NCBI GenBank assembly: GCA_964016885.1
Contig: OZ024740.1
Location: 179,862,001-179,926,000, forward strand
Reading direction: 5' to 3'
DNA length: 64,000 nt
From: Eledone cirrhosa
Taxonomy: Eukaryota
In this document: positions 28,401-37,988 of the stretch, piece by piece
Layout: every line of letters begins with the position of its first letter
Position numbering within the stretch: the stretch's first letter is position 1
The notes under the pieces: generated by a model
What the model was told of the DNA's origin: nothing
The model's input: only the letters and a program-made list of their open reading frames with translations
Database searches by the model: none
Translations under genes and position numbers: made by a program

Positions 28401-28801
28401 TCCTCACCTTCATTTCCCGCCGGCTCGCTTGTCTGGCATACTACACCCGCCATCTCCAAGCCATTCTCTCTGCTCAGTTCCTCCAGTTCCAGCTCGCTTA
28501 TCCACCCATTAGTTCTTATTACCCGAGCCTGTCCGGCCAATTTTTGTTCATCTAATTTAAATAAACCAATCTCGTTCCAGATGTTATGCATCCGTCTCCT
28601 GTAGCCCCTCTCCTTGGGGTTACTTTTCAGGTAGCATTGCATAACAGTTCTATTCAATTCTTTCGTCCAGTTGGTTCTGGCCCCTTTCCTTCTTCTTCTT
28701 CCTCCAACATCAGCAGTATTTCGTTGACAGTCAGGTTCCTGCTGCTGAGCCAGGGGGCACCTGTTGGGTGAGAGTCTGTCACATGACGTTCTAGTCTCCA
28801 T
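25409..28801 (-). CDS. R4/Dong-clade protein, 1130 aa (N-terminal domain, RT, CCHC, PD-(D/E)xK restriction-like endonuclease)
   Basis: WTKELNRTVMQCY...GYRRRMHNIW; KSPGPDG, YRPITCL, EQKG, IDYRKAFD, GIFQGDSLS, FMDD, YKYLG, GGRGL; CRICGEREETVAHIVSEC; RHD; PDLVVVD...VDVACP; KINRYQDL. Confidence 0.95.
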   Translation of the reverse strand: METRTSCDRLSPNRCPLAQQQEPDCQRNTADVGGRRRRKGARTNWTKELNRTVMQCYLKSNPKERGYRRRMHNIWNEIGLFKLDEQKLAGQARVIRTNGWISELELEELSRENGLEMAGVVCQTSEPAGNEGEEVLRAEEPPEADNDLNTEINNTWNRDTATEEMNADGLGQDSVDILNLVVDELNNDSGRPMNLRFVDRKKLKETTAKVNKVIPYLEARSLHQCNNILKATANTVRKLLGIKARGNNRQERAEPWWKKRLSGQIGEMRNDIGKLESLLNGTLKNIGTKNRLEIKYKTRSKKLNIIIEELKQRIVAKSAKIRRYENRVSQYKQNRMFDNNQKILFGQLEGKERGTDLIPGAEQAKTFWRGIWEQDVRHNAQAGWIETVQREIGEQAQQQTDLSITVETLKGQAKKLTNWKSPGPDGVQGYWIKHLTSLHPKLTAMFNDCLVSGEVTEWLTKGTTVLIMKDRIKGNDVTNYRPITCLPVMLKLLTSIVSEEIYHHLHTHNLLPDEQKGCRKKSRGTKDQLLIDKMVMGNCRRRHTDLAMGWIDYRKAFDMVPHSWITKSLEIFRVADNIRQLLGRSMGSWETELTSTGVSLGSVKIKRGIFQGDSLSSLLFVLALMPLTIMLRKVRAGYKLGRGELTINHLLFMDDLKLFGKSEKELDVLVDTVRIFSSDICMQFGIGKCGVIVMRRGRLSRSNGIQIPTGEMIKEIDSEEGYKYLGVLEADGIKNKKMKELLRTEYIRRVRSVLKSHLNSRNAISAVNSRAVSIIRYSAGILRWNVAEQKEMDRKTRKLLTIYNMFHKRSDVDRLYLRRSEGGRGLISIEDCVQMEKNNLYKYVTYSKEPMLRAVLKERTVGQGIPKEEITSRRKSSLKGKSLHSTFFEKTEFRDPQTWNWLRRGDLKKATEGMLMAAQEQALKTKWLKHHIYKEEASPLCRICGEREETVAHIVSECKHLAQTHYKGWRHDVMGRVIHWHLCKVNNLPHSEKWYEHRPEAVMENSQVKVLWDFRIQTDKKLEHNRPDLVVVDKEKRSCLIVDVACPFDTRVQEKEREKINRYQDLKWEVKRIWNCHEVKVIPIVIGALGTISKGFQGWLKKIGPFTLFGTLQKACLLGTARTLRYVLNI

Positions 28802-29370
28802 TTCACCGTTATTCGAACTGTTTATGTTCGATATTTAAACACTCTTATCGAGGATTGGCGAATGTATGTTTACATAGCCATCTGTGGATCCGCCATCCCA
28901 CTTGGCCCTTGTGTGGCATTATCACCACGCTGTATACGGACACACATAAACAAACAAACACACGGGCAGAAAGGGCCCCAAAAATGAATAAGCATAAGTT
29001 TCATTGTAATGTAGTATTCGAATGTCTGACTTAGTTTTTGTTTTTTAAGTTTTACTTTTTCCCCCCTCTTCTCTGTCTGTCCGCCTGCTTCTCTCTTCAT
29101 TCTTATTTTCTTTACGTTTTTGGGGTTTCTTTTTTTGTTTTTGTTTTTCTCTGTTTTTCTCGTTTTTTACTGTTGTTGCTGTGCTGCTTTTGTTGTTTGT
29201 TTTTTCTTTTTTCTTTTGAGTCTATCTATATATTTTGATGCCTTCCTCTTTGTTAGTAGTAGGAATTCTATAATGTGGAAGTGGTAGCCAGCAGAGACTA
29301 GCGGCGTTGGCGATACTGAGACAGTGGTGGCGGTGATGTCGATACTGAGGCAGTGGTGGCGGTGATGCGA

Positions 29371-30018
29371 CCGTATTACTGTAGTGATGGTGCTGTAGCG
29401 GTGGCAGCAGCAGTGAAGGAGTCAGGGGGTGGTGGCGGCGGTGATGGGATAGTGGTGGTAATGATGGCCGTAGTGAGCGGTGGCGGTGAAGGTGAAAATG
29501 CTGTTGTGTTTAGTGTACACAGATGATGGGGTGGGTGGTGTATCTAGTTTCTGGTGTTGGTGAGTTTCGCTGTCCTATATAGTGTAGCCAGAGGAGAGGA
29601 GGGGGGGGGGTTCTTCTTCTTCCATTTATAGCCATTTTTTTTTTTTTTTTTTTTTGGATATACAGTGTACAATACAAAGTTGAATATTTGAATATTTGAG
29701 CCGTATTACTGTAGTGATGGTGCTGTAGCGGTGGCAGCAGCAGTGAAGGAGTCAAGGGGTGGTGGCGGCGGTGATGGGATAGTGGTGGTAATGATGGCCG
29801 TAGTGAGCGGTGGCGGTGAAGGTGAAAATGCTGTTGTGTTTAGTGTACACAGATGATGGGGTGGGCGGTGTATCTAGTTTCTGGTGTTGGTGAGTTTAGC
29901 TGTCCTATATAGTGTAGCCAGAGGAGAGGAGGGGGGGGGTTCTTCTTCTTCCATTTATAGCCATTTTTTTTTGGATATACAGTGTACAATACAAAGTTGA
30001 ATATTTGAATATTTGAGC
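29371..30018. repeat. Tandem duplication (period 330 bp) in the 5' region of A1
   Basis: ccgtattactgtagtgatgg... starts at 29371 and 29701; copy A3 has a single unit (42032-42350). Confidence 0.9.
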
Positions 30019-30186
30019 CTTATAACAATATATTTTGGGTCCGAATTTTTTGGGGCTCAAGCCGGGTGCTTTACGTAGCATTTGTACTAAGAGTTGTTAT
30101 TTCACAAATTATTTAAATATGTTAAAAATTCAAAACTTACGGGAGCGATTTCATGACCTCCGTCACCTCGTGCGTCTTCTTCCCTC

Positions 30187-30234
<48 letters not shown>

Positions 30235-30246
30235 CATTGTTATTAC

Positions 30247-33200
30247 TCTTTGAGTCTCAGTCATTGATGTTAGTTAACTGGAAAGTTTGTTGAGATGAAT
30301 ATCAAGCCACTACCTGCAGCCTCAGATATTCAGGACGTATCGGAGGGTTCTTGCTGTTCCCAGCAAGCATGCCTTTTGAAGCTTTCCAAAAAGCGTGAAG
30401 GGGCCAATTTTCTTTAACCATCCCTGGAAACTTTTTGAGATAGTCCCTAGTGCGCCTATGACAATCGGGATCACTCTGAATTCATGGTAGTTCCAAATCC
30501 TTTTTACCTCCCACTTTAAGTCCTGGTATCGGTTAATTTTCTCCCTCTCTTTCTCTTGCACTCTCGTGTCGAAAGGGCAGGTCACATCCACAATCAGGCA
30601 CTATCATTTTTCTTTGTCCACAACCACCAGGTCAAGTCTATTGTGTTCCAGTTTCTTGTCCGTCTGTATCCTAAAATCCCACAGCAACTTCACCTGATCG
30701 TTTTCTATCACCGCCTCTGGATTATGCTCATACCACTTCTCAGAATGTGGTAAATTGTTTACTTTGCATAGTTGCCAGTGGAACACCCTGCCCATCACAT
30801 CATGTCTCCAGCTCTTATAGTGAGTCTGGGCTAGGTGTTTACACTCGGATACAATGTGAGTCACAGTCTCCTCTCTCTCTCCACAGATCCTGCACTGTGG
30901 GCTAGCCTCCTACTTGTAAATGTGGTGTTTCAACCACTTCGTTTTGAGGGCCTGCTCCTGCGCAGCCATTAACATTCCTTCTGTAGCCTTTTTAAGGTCT
31001 CTTCTTTTCAAACAGTTCTATTAATTGGATCTCTAAATTCAGTTTTTTCAAAGAAGGTACTATGAAGGGATTTTTTCTGAAGGCTGCTCTTTCCCCTTAT
31101 CTGCTCTTTCTCCTCTGCTCAACTTACCCCTCCCCATCACAATGACTCCACACTTACTAATACCAAATTGCATACATATTTCATTGCTGAAAATACGGAC
31201 AGTGTCAACAAGCACATCCAACTCCTTCTCACTCTTCCAGAAGAGTTTAAGATGGTCCATGAAGAGGAGGTGATTGATGGCAAGCCCTCCCTTTCCCAAC
31301 CTGTATCCTGCTCTCACTTTTCGCAGTACACTGGTCAGGGGCATCAGGGCAAGGACAAACAACAGAGTGGACAGACTATCTCCCTGGAAGATACCTCTCT
31401 TGATCTTCACGCTTCCCAAGGATTCTCCAGTTGATGTTAACTCTGTTTCCCAGGACTTCATACTTTTTCTCAACAACTGCCTGATGTTATCTGCCACCTT
31501 GAAGATCTCCAGGCTTTTGGTGATCCAAGAATGAGGCACCATGTCAAATGCATTTTGTAGTCTATCCATCCCATGGCAAGACCAGTGTGTCTCCTCTTGC
31601 AATTCCTCATTACCATCTTATCAATAAGTAACTGGTCCTTTGTACCACGTGACTTCTTTCGGCATCCTTTCTGTTCGTCCGGTAACAAGTTGTTTGTGTG
31701 GAGGTGATGGTAGATTTCCTCAGACATAATGCTTGTCAACAGTTTCCACATTACGGACAGACATGTGATAGGTGTATAGTTGGTAACATCATTACCCTTG
31801 GTTCGGTCTTTCATTATCAGAACTCTGGTACCTTTTGTCAACCACTCTGGTACCTCACCTGACATCAAGCAGTCATTGAACATGGTTGTCAGTTTCGGGT
31901 GGAGGGATGTTATTTTTTTAATCCAATACCCCTGCACACCATCTGGGTCTGATGATTTCCAGTTGGTTAGTTTTTTGGCCTGCCCCTTAAGAGTTTCAAC
32001 CGTGATACTCAAATCAGTTTGTTGGCGTGTCTTGTCTGTTCACTGATCTCCTTCTGTACTGTCTCAATCCACACTGCCTGGTCATTATGTTTAACATCCT
32101 GCTCCCATATTCCTCTCCAGAATGTTTTAGTTTGTTCCGCGTCAGGGATCAAGTCGTTGCCTCTTTCTTTCCCTTCAAGCTGTCCAAACAGCATCTTCTG
32201 GTTGTTGTCGAACATGCGGTTCTGTCTATACTGGCTGACTCTGTTCTCGTATCGCCTGATTTTTGCACTCTTTGCTACAATGCGTTGCTTCAGTTCCTCT
32301 ATGATAATATTTAGCTTTTTCCTCCTAGTTTTGTACTTTATTTCCAGTCTATTTTTAGTGTCTATGTTTTTTAGTGTCCCATTCAGTAGGGACTCAAGCT
32401 TTCCAATGTCATTTCTCATTTCCCTGATGTGACCACTCAGTCGTTTCTTCCACCAGGGCTCTGCTCTTTCTTGTCTGTTGTTTCCTATCGCTTTTATACC
32501 AAGTAGTTTCCTCACCGTATTTGCTGTTGCTTTGAGGATATTGTTGCACTGGTGAAGGCTCCTCGCCTCAAGGTATGGGATGACTTTGTTTACCTTAGCT
32601 GTTGTTTCTTTTAACTTTTTCCTGTCTACAAATCTTAGGTTCATAGGTCTCTCACTATCATTGTTCAATTCATCTACCACTAAGTTTAGGATATCTACCA
32701 AATCTTGTCCTAGCCCGTCAGCATTCATCTCCACAGTGGCCGTATCTCTGTTCCAGGTATTATTTATCTCAGCATTCAGATCATTGTCTGTTACGGGTGG
32801 TTCCTCCGTTCTCTCGACCTCTTCACCTTCATTTCCCACTGGCTCGTTTGCCTGGCATACTCCACCCTCCATCTCCAAGCTAATCTCTCTGCCCAGTTCC
32901 TCCAGTTCCAACTCGCTTATCCACCCATTAGTTCTTATTACCCGAGCCTGCCCGGCCAGTTTTTGTTCATCTAATTTAAATAAACCAATCTCGTTCCAGA
33001 TGTTATGCATCCTTTTCCTGTAGCCTTTCTCCTTAGGGTTACTCTTCAGGTAACATTGCATAACAGTTCTATTCAATTCTTTCGTCCAGTTGTTCTGGTC
33101 CCTTTCCTTCTTCTTCTTCCTCCGACACCAGCAGTATTTGGTTAACAGCCAGGTCCCTGCTGCTGAGCCAGGAAGCACCTGTTGGGTGAGAGTCTGTCAC

Positions 33201-35250
33201 ATGACATTCTAGTCTCCATTTCACCGTTATTCGAACTGTTTAGGTTCGACATTTAAACACTCTTATCGAGGATTGGCGAAGGTATGGTTACATAACCACC
33301 GGTGTATTACTTGTCTCCGGTGGATTCGTCACTCCACGTGACTTTTGTGTGGCATTATCACGCTGTAGACGAACCCAAACAAACAGACAAACAAACAGGC
33401 AGAAAAAACCCCCAAAATGAATAAGCATAAGTTCCATTGTAATGTAGTGTTTGAATGTCTGACTTAGTTTTTCCCTTCCCTTCTCTGTCCGTCCGTTTGT
33501 TTTTCTCTTCATTTTTATTTCCTTTACGTTTATCGTTGTTGCTGTGCTGCTTTGATTTTGATTTTTTTTTTTTTAGTCTATTTATATATTTTGATGTTTT
33601 CCTCTTTTAGTGGGAATTCTACAATGTAGCAGGGGATAGCGGGAGAGAATAGCGGCGGTAGTGATATTGAGGCAGCGGCGGTGGTGGCGGTGCTGTGCTA
33701 GCAGCAACTAGCAGGAGGTAGTGGGAGAGAATGGCGGCGGTAGCGATAGTGAGGCAGCCGTGGTGGTGATGTGGTCGTATTACTGTGGTGATGATGTTAA
33801 AGTTGGAGTAGAAATTTGAGTCGACTTGATCAGAGTTTTCATCGTGGTAGTGGTGGTGGTATTGGTGGTGAAATTATCTTTAGTGAAATTATCGTTAGTC
33901 GCGTATATGTGTTAACATTTACCCATAATATTGGAATTAAACATTTTGTTAAAACTAAAACTCGATTTTGATTATTGTTTTTTTTATTTTGATCGGGTCA
34001 TCAATTCAGTCTATTTATATATTTCGATGTTTTCCTCTTTTAGTGAGAATTCTACAATGTAGCAGGGGGTAGCGGGAGAGAATAGCGGCGGTAGTGATAT
34101 TGAGGCAGCGGTGGCAGTGCTGTGCTAGCAGCAACTAGCAGGAGGTAGTGGGAGAGAATAGCAGCGGTAGCGATAGTGAGGCAGCGGTGGTGGTGATGTG
34201 GTCGTATTACTGTGGTGATGGTGTTAAAGTTGGAGTAGAAATTTGAGTCGACTTGATCAGAGTTTTCATCGTGGTAGTGGTGGTATTGGTGGTGAAATTA
34301 TTTTTAGTGAAATTATCGTTAGTCGCGTATATGTGTTGACATTTACCCATAATATTGGAATTAAACATTTTGTTAAAACTAAAACTTGATTTTTATTTTA
34401 ATTTTTAATTTTTTAAAATTTTAACCAGGTCATCAATTCAGTCTATTTATATATTTTGATGTTTTCCTCTTTCAGTGGGAATTCTACAATGTAGCAGGGG
34501 GCAGCGGGAAAGAATAGCGGCGGTAGTGATATTGAGGCAGCGGCGGCGGTGGCGGTGCTGTGCTAGCAGCAACTAGCAGGAGGTAGTGAGAGAGAATAGC
34601 AGCGCTAGCGATAGTGAGGTAGCGGTGGTGGTGATGTGGTCGTATTACTGTAGTGATGGTGTTGAAGTTGGAGTAGAAATTTGAGTCGACTTGACCAGGG
34701 TTTTCATCGTGGTAGTGGTGGTGGTATTGGTGGTGAAATTATCTTTAGTGAAATTATCGTTAGTCGCGTATATGTGTTGACATTTACCCATAATATTGGA
34801 ATTAAACATTTTCTTAAAACTAAAACTTGAGGCAATAGTAATAGTAATTATTATTATTATTCTGAGATTGGTGGTGGTGGTGGTGAAATTGCCGTTATCG
34901 GGCTGTTGTATTTAGTGTACACAGAGGGGTCATGGGGTAGGTGGTGTATCTGGTTTCTGATGTTGGTTAAATTGCTGTTATTTGGCTGTTCTATATAGTG
35001 TAGACAGAGGGGGTTTCCTTCCATTTATAACCATTTTCTTTTTGAATATAAAATGTATAATACAAAATTGAATATTTGAGCGATATAACAATATATTGTG
35101 GATTCGAATTTTTTGGGACTCAAGCTGGATGTTTTATGCAACATTTGTACTAAGAATAGTTATTTCATAATTGACTTAAATATGTTAACAAATCTAAACT
35201 TACGGGAGCGATTTCTCGACCTTCTATCCACCATGTGTGTCTTCTTCCCT
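30247..35250 (-). mobile_element. R4/Dong family A subfamily copy A2, full extent but frameshifted and internally deleted
   Basis: ORF pieces 32009-33178, 31470-32012, 31060-31602, 30604-30864 and 30322-30591 match A1; the segment from ..LSRSNG to ..RRKSS is missing at ~31105. Confidence 0.92.
33575..34830. repeat. Three ~432 bp tandem monomers in the 5' region of A2
   Basis: agtctatttatatattt... starts at 33575, 34008 and 34440. Confidence 0.9.
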
Positions 35251-35270
35251 TATTATTATTATTATTATTA

Positions 35271-37926
35271 CAGTTGCATCTATCTTGCTTTATGTTCATA
35301 CGAGTTATCACCAAGTCACAACCAGTGACCTCAAGAGACAACAAGGTCCGCCATGTTCAAGAAAGAACATACATACTCACCCATGCATATTTAGTGTTTA
35401 GACTTGTGATGTACTTATATTGACAGAATCTTCCTTAGTATATGGGCAGTTCCCATTAGTACTATCTTTTGTATTTCTCCTATACGCGGGTTTCCTGGGA
35501 TTTGCGATAAGTAATCATTAGACCCCTTAGGTATCATTCCCAGAGCGCCTACAACCACTGGTATTGTTTTAGTTCTCAATTTCCACATGTTTCCAATTTC
35601 TATCTCCAGGTCCTTATACTTGCTCAATTTTTCAAATGTTTTTATAGATACATTCTTGTCTATTGGAACAGACATATCAATTAGCAGGCATACCCTCTTT
35701 TTAAAGTCCTTCAATATTATATCAGGTCTATTTGCATCTATTTTTCGGTCTGTTTGGATGCTAAAGTTCCACAAGATTGAGATGTGATCTTTTTCAAGTA
35801 TGGGAGGTGGTTGATGCTCCCACCAATTCTTTTGATGGGGCAGGTCAAAATGCTTACACATTATCCAATGTATGTATTGTGCAGCTCTTTCATGCCTGTT
35901 TAGGTATTCAGTTGGAGCTATAGGACTGCACATTGAAATTATATGGTCAATGGTCTCTGGTTGTTTTTTGCATACACAGCATAATGGGCTGCATCCTTTT
36001 TTTATTATCTTGGCTTGGTAATTTTTTGTTGGCAGACACTGATCTTGTGCTGATATAATCAGTCCTTCAGTCTCCGATTTCAGTCCAGAGGATGCCAACC
36101 ACTGATGGGTTAAAGTGTTGTCAACATCAGGATTGTTAACTCGCTCTGGGTATTTTCCATACAGAGGCTTTTCTTGCCATTTCTGAGCCAGTTTCTGTAG
36201 CAGTTCTTTCTTTGCAGTTACTTTTACCTGCTTTGCTTTTTCTGTGTTTTCCACTTCAGCAGTAAATGGGACTTCTGAAATTTGTAGTCCATTACTGTAT
36301 CTTTGTGCATCTTTTGTAATGGAATATGATCTTTTCATGCTTTCGTGTTTCAAAACGAGTTTGATCATCCAATAATGTGATTCCCTTAGATATGTAGATA
36401 ATCCAATTGTTGCAGTTTTCAACGCAATGTCTAACTGGATTAACCCACGTCCTCCTTCTTTCCTAGGGAGATATATTCTATCTATATCTGCCTTAGGGTG
36501 ATGCATTCTGTGCATGGTTAAGAATTGTCGAATTTTTGTATCGAGCCTACGGATCTCTGTGCTTGACCAGTTGATGACATTGTAACTGTTGGTTACTACT
36601 GGTATGGCAAGCGTGCTTTTGGCATCGATCCTATTCCTTGCATTCAATTCCGTTCTTAAGATTGCTCTTACTCTGCGGTAACATTCCTTCCTTATCCTTT
36701 CCCTCATTGTCGAGTGCTTGATTCCGTCTCCTTCACAAACACCTAGATATTGTAAGTTTTTTTCTTGATCAAGTTCTCTTATCACGTTCCCCCGATCAAG
36801 ATTAATGTCTGAACTCTTCAGCAGCTTTCCTCTGGTGAACGTTGCTTTGGCGCATTTATCTAGTCCAAACTCCATTTTAATGTCATCACTGAACTGCTCC
36901 ACAGTGGATAATAGTCCTTGCAATTGTTCATCATTTTTTGCAAATAATTTCAGGTCATCCATGTAGAACAGGTGATTAATAGTTTTGTCATAGACTTTAT
37001 ATCCATGTTTTGTTTCATTGAGTTTTTTACTTAATGGTATAAGTACGATGCAGAATAAAAGCGGTGATAAAGAGTCACCCTGAAAAATTCCACAATTAAT
37101 ATTAACTTCTCCAGCTTCCAGTGATTTTGTTTCACTATTCAAAAGGAGTGTCGTTTTCCATGTCTTCATACTGAATGACAAAAACCTCCTGACAACGGGG
37201 GATATTTTGAAGATCTCTAAACATTTTTCAATCCAACTGTGTGGCAAACTATCGAATGCTTTTTTATAATCTATCCAAGCAATCGATAGATTTTTGTGTC
37301 TATTATGACAATCTTCCAGTATCATTTTGTTAACCAGAAGCTGATCCTTACAGCCATATGAGCCTCGTTTACACCCTTTCTGCTCAATGGGAAATAGGGC
37401 ATTTGTTATCAGGTGGTCATATGTGTATTCAGTTATGACTGATGTTAACATTTTATACATTGTGGTCAAGCAAGTTATCGGTCTGTAATTTTTGGGATTG
37501 TTTGTCTCATCATTCTTCGGAAGCAGGAATGTAATGCCGTTAACTAACCATGATGGTATCTTTTCTGACTCCTTAACTATTTCATTGTAAATTTGGGCTA
37601 ACAGCTCATGGGACTCTGTGAAGGCATTTATCCAAAAGTTTTGTATTTTGTCTTTTCCTGGGGATTTCCCTTTGCTGGTTTTTCTTAGAGCCAAGCGCAA
37701 CTGTTCAACTGTTATATTTTCCCATATTTGTTCCTCAAGGTGAGCTGTATCTTTCATGTGTCTGTCTATCCATGGGGCATGTATGTTATGAACTTTTTCT
37801 TCGGCCCAGATCTTTTCCCAGAATTCTTGCACTTCCTCCTTGGGTGGTATTGATTTAGCAGTTATTGTTGACTTACCAATTTTTCTGTAGAAGTTTCTTT
37901 GGTTGTTTTTGAACACATTATTGTCC
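35271..37926 (-). mobile_element. R4/Dong family B element, 5'-truncated, in (TAA)n
   Basis: 3' UTR (35271-35414) differs from family A; open RT-RLE frame; (TAA)n on both sides. Confidence 0.92.
35415..37916 (-). CDS. R4/Dong RT-CCHC-RLE protein, N-terminally truncated (833 aa open)
   Basis: KSPGKD, YRPITCL, IDYKKAFD, GIFQGDSLSP, YMDD, GGRGL, CCVCKKQPETIDHIISMC, RHE, PDIILKD...IDMSVP, KLSKYKDL. Confidence 0.9.
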   Translation of the reverse strand: MFKNNQRNFYRKIGKSTITAKSIPPKEEVQEFWEKIWAEEKVHNIHAPWIDRHMKDTAHLEEQIWENITVEQLRLALRKTSKGKSPGKDKIQNFWINAFTESHELLAQIYNEIVKESEKIPSWLVNGITFLLPKNDETNNPKNYRPITCLTTMYKMLTSVITEYTYDHLITNALFPIEQKGCKRGSYGCKDQLLVNKMILEDCHNRHKNLSIAWIDYKKAFDSLPHSWIEKCLEIFKISPVVRRFLSFSMKTWKTTLLLNSETKSLEAGEVNINCGIFQGDSLSPLLFCIVLIPLSKKLNETKHGYKVYDKTINHLFYMDDLKLFAKNDEQLQGLLSTVEQFSDDIKMEFGLDKCAKATFTRGKLLKSSDINLDRGNVIRELDQEKNLQYLGVCEGDGIKHSTMRERIRKECYRRVRAILRTELNARNRIDAKSTLAIPVVTNSYNVINWSSTEIRRLDTKIRQFLTMHRMHHPKADIDRIYLPRKEGGRGLIQLDIALKTATIGLSTYLRESHYWMIKLVLKHESMKRSYSITKDAQRYSNGLQISEVPFTAEVENTEKAKQVKVTAKKELLQKLAQKWQEKPLYGKYPERVNNPDVDNTLTHQWLASSGLKSETEGLIISAQDQCLPTKNYQAKIIKKGCSPLCCVCKKQPETIDHIISMCSPIAPTEYLNRHERAAQYIHWIMCKHFDLPHQKNWWEHQPPPILEKDHISILWNFSIQTDRKIDANRPDIILKDFKKRVCLLIDMSVPIDKNVSIKTFEKLSKYKDLEIEIGNMWKLRTKTIPVVVGALGMIPKGSNDYLSQIPGNPRIGEIQKIVLMGTAHILRKILSI

Positions 37927-37976
<50 letters not shown>

Positions 37977-37988
37977 GTTATTGTTATT

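Larger units (their letters stand above)
25335..30186 (-). mobile_element. R4/Dong family A copy A1, full length, in (TAA)n
   Basis: Intact ORF, ~75 bp 3' UTR, ~1.4 kb 5' region, (TAA)n on both sides. Confidence 0.93.

Noticed and set aside
28840-30186. HDV-like ribozyme at the R4 5' end or at the tcctcg motif
   Set aside because: I could not build P1/P3/P1.1 or find the catalytic C by eye; needs a descriptor search.
33575-34830. CRISPR-like or satellite array
   Set aside because: Units are ~432 bp full tandem copies without unique spacers, inside a eukaryotic retrotransposon.
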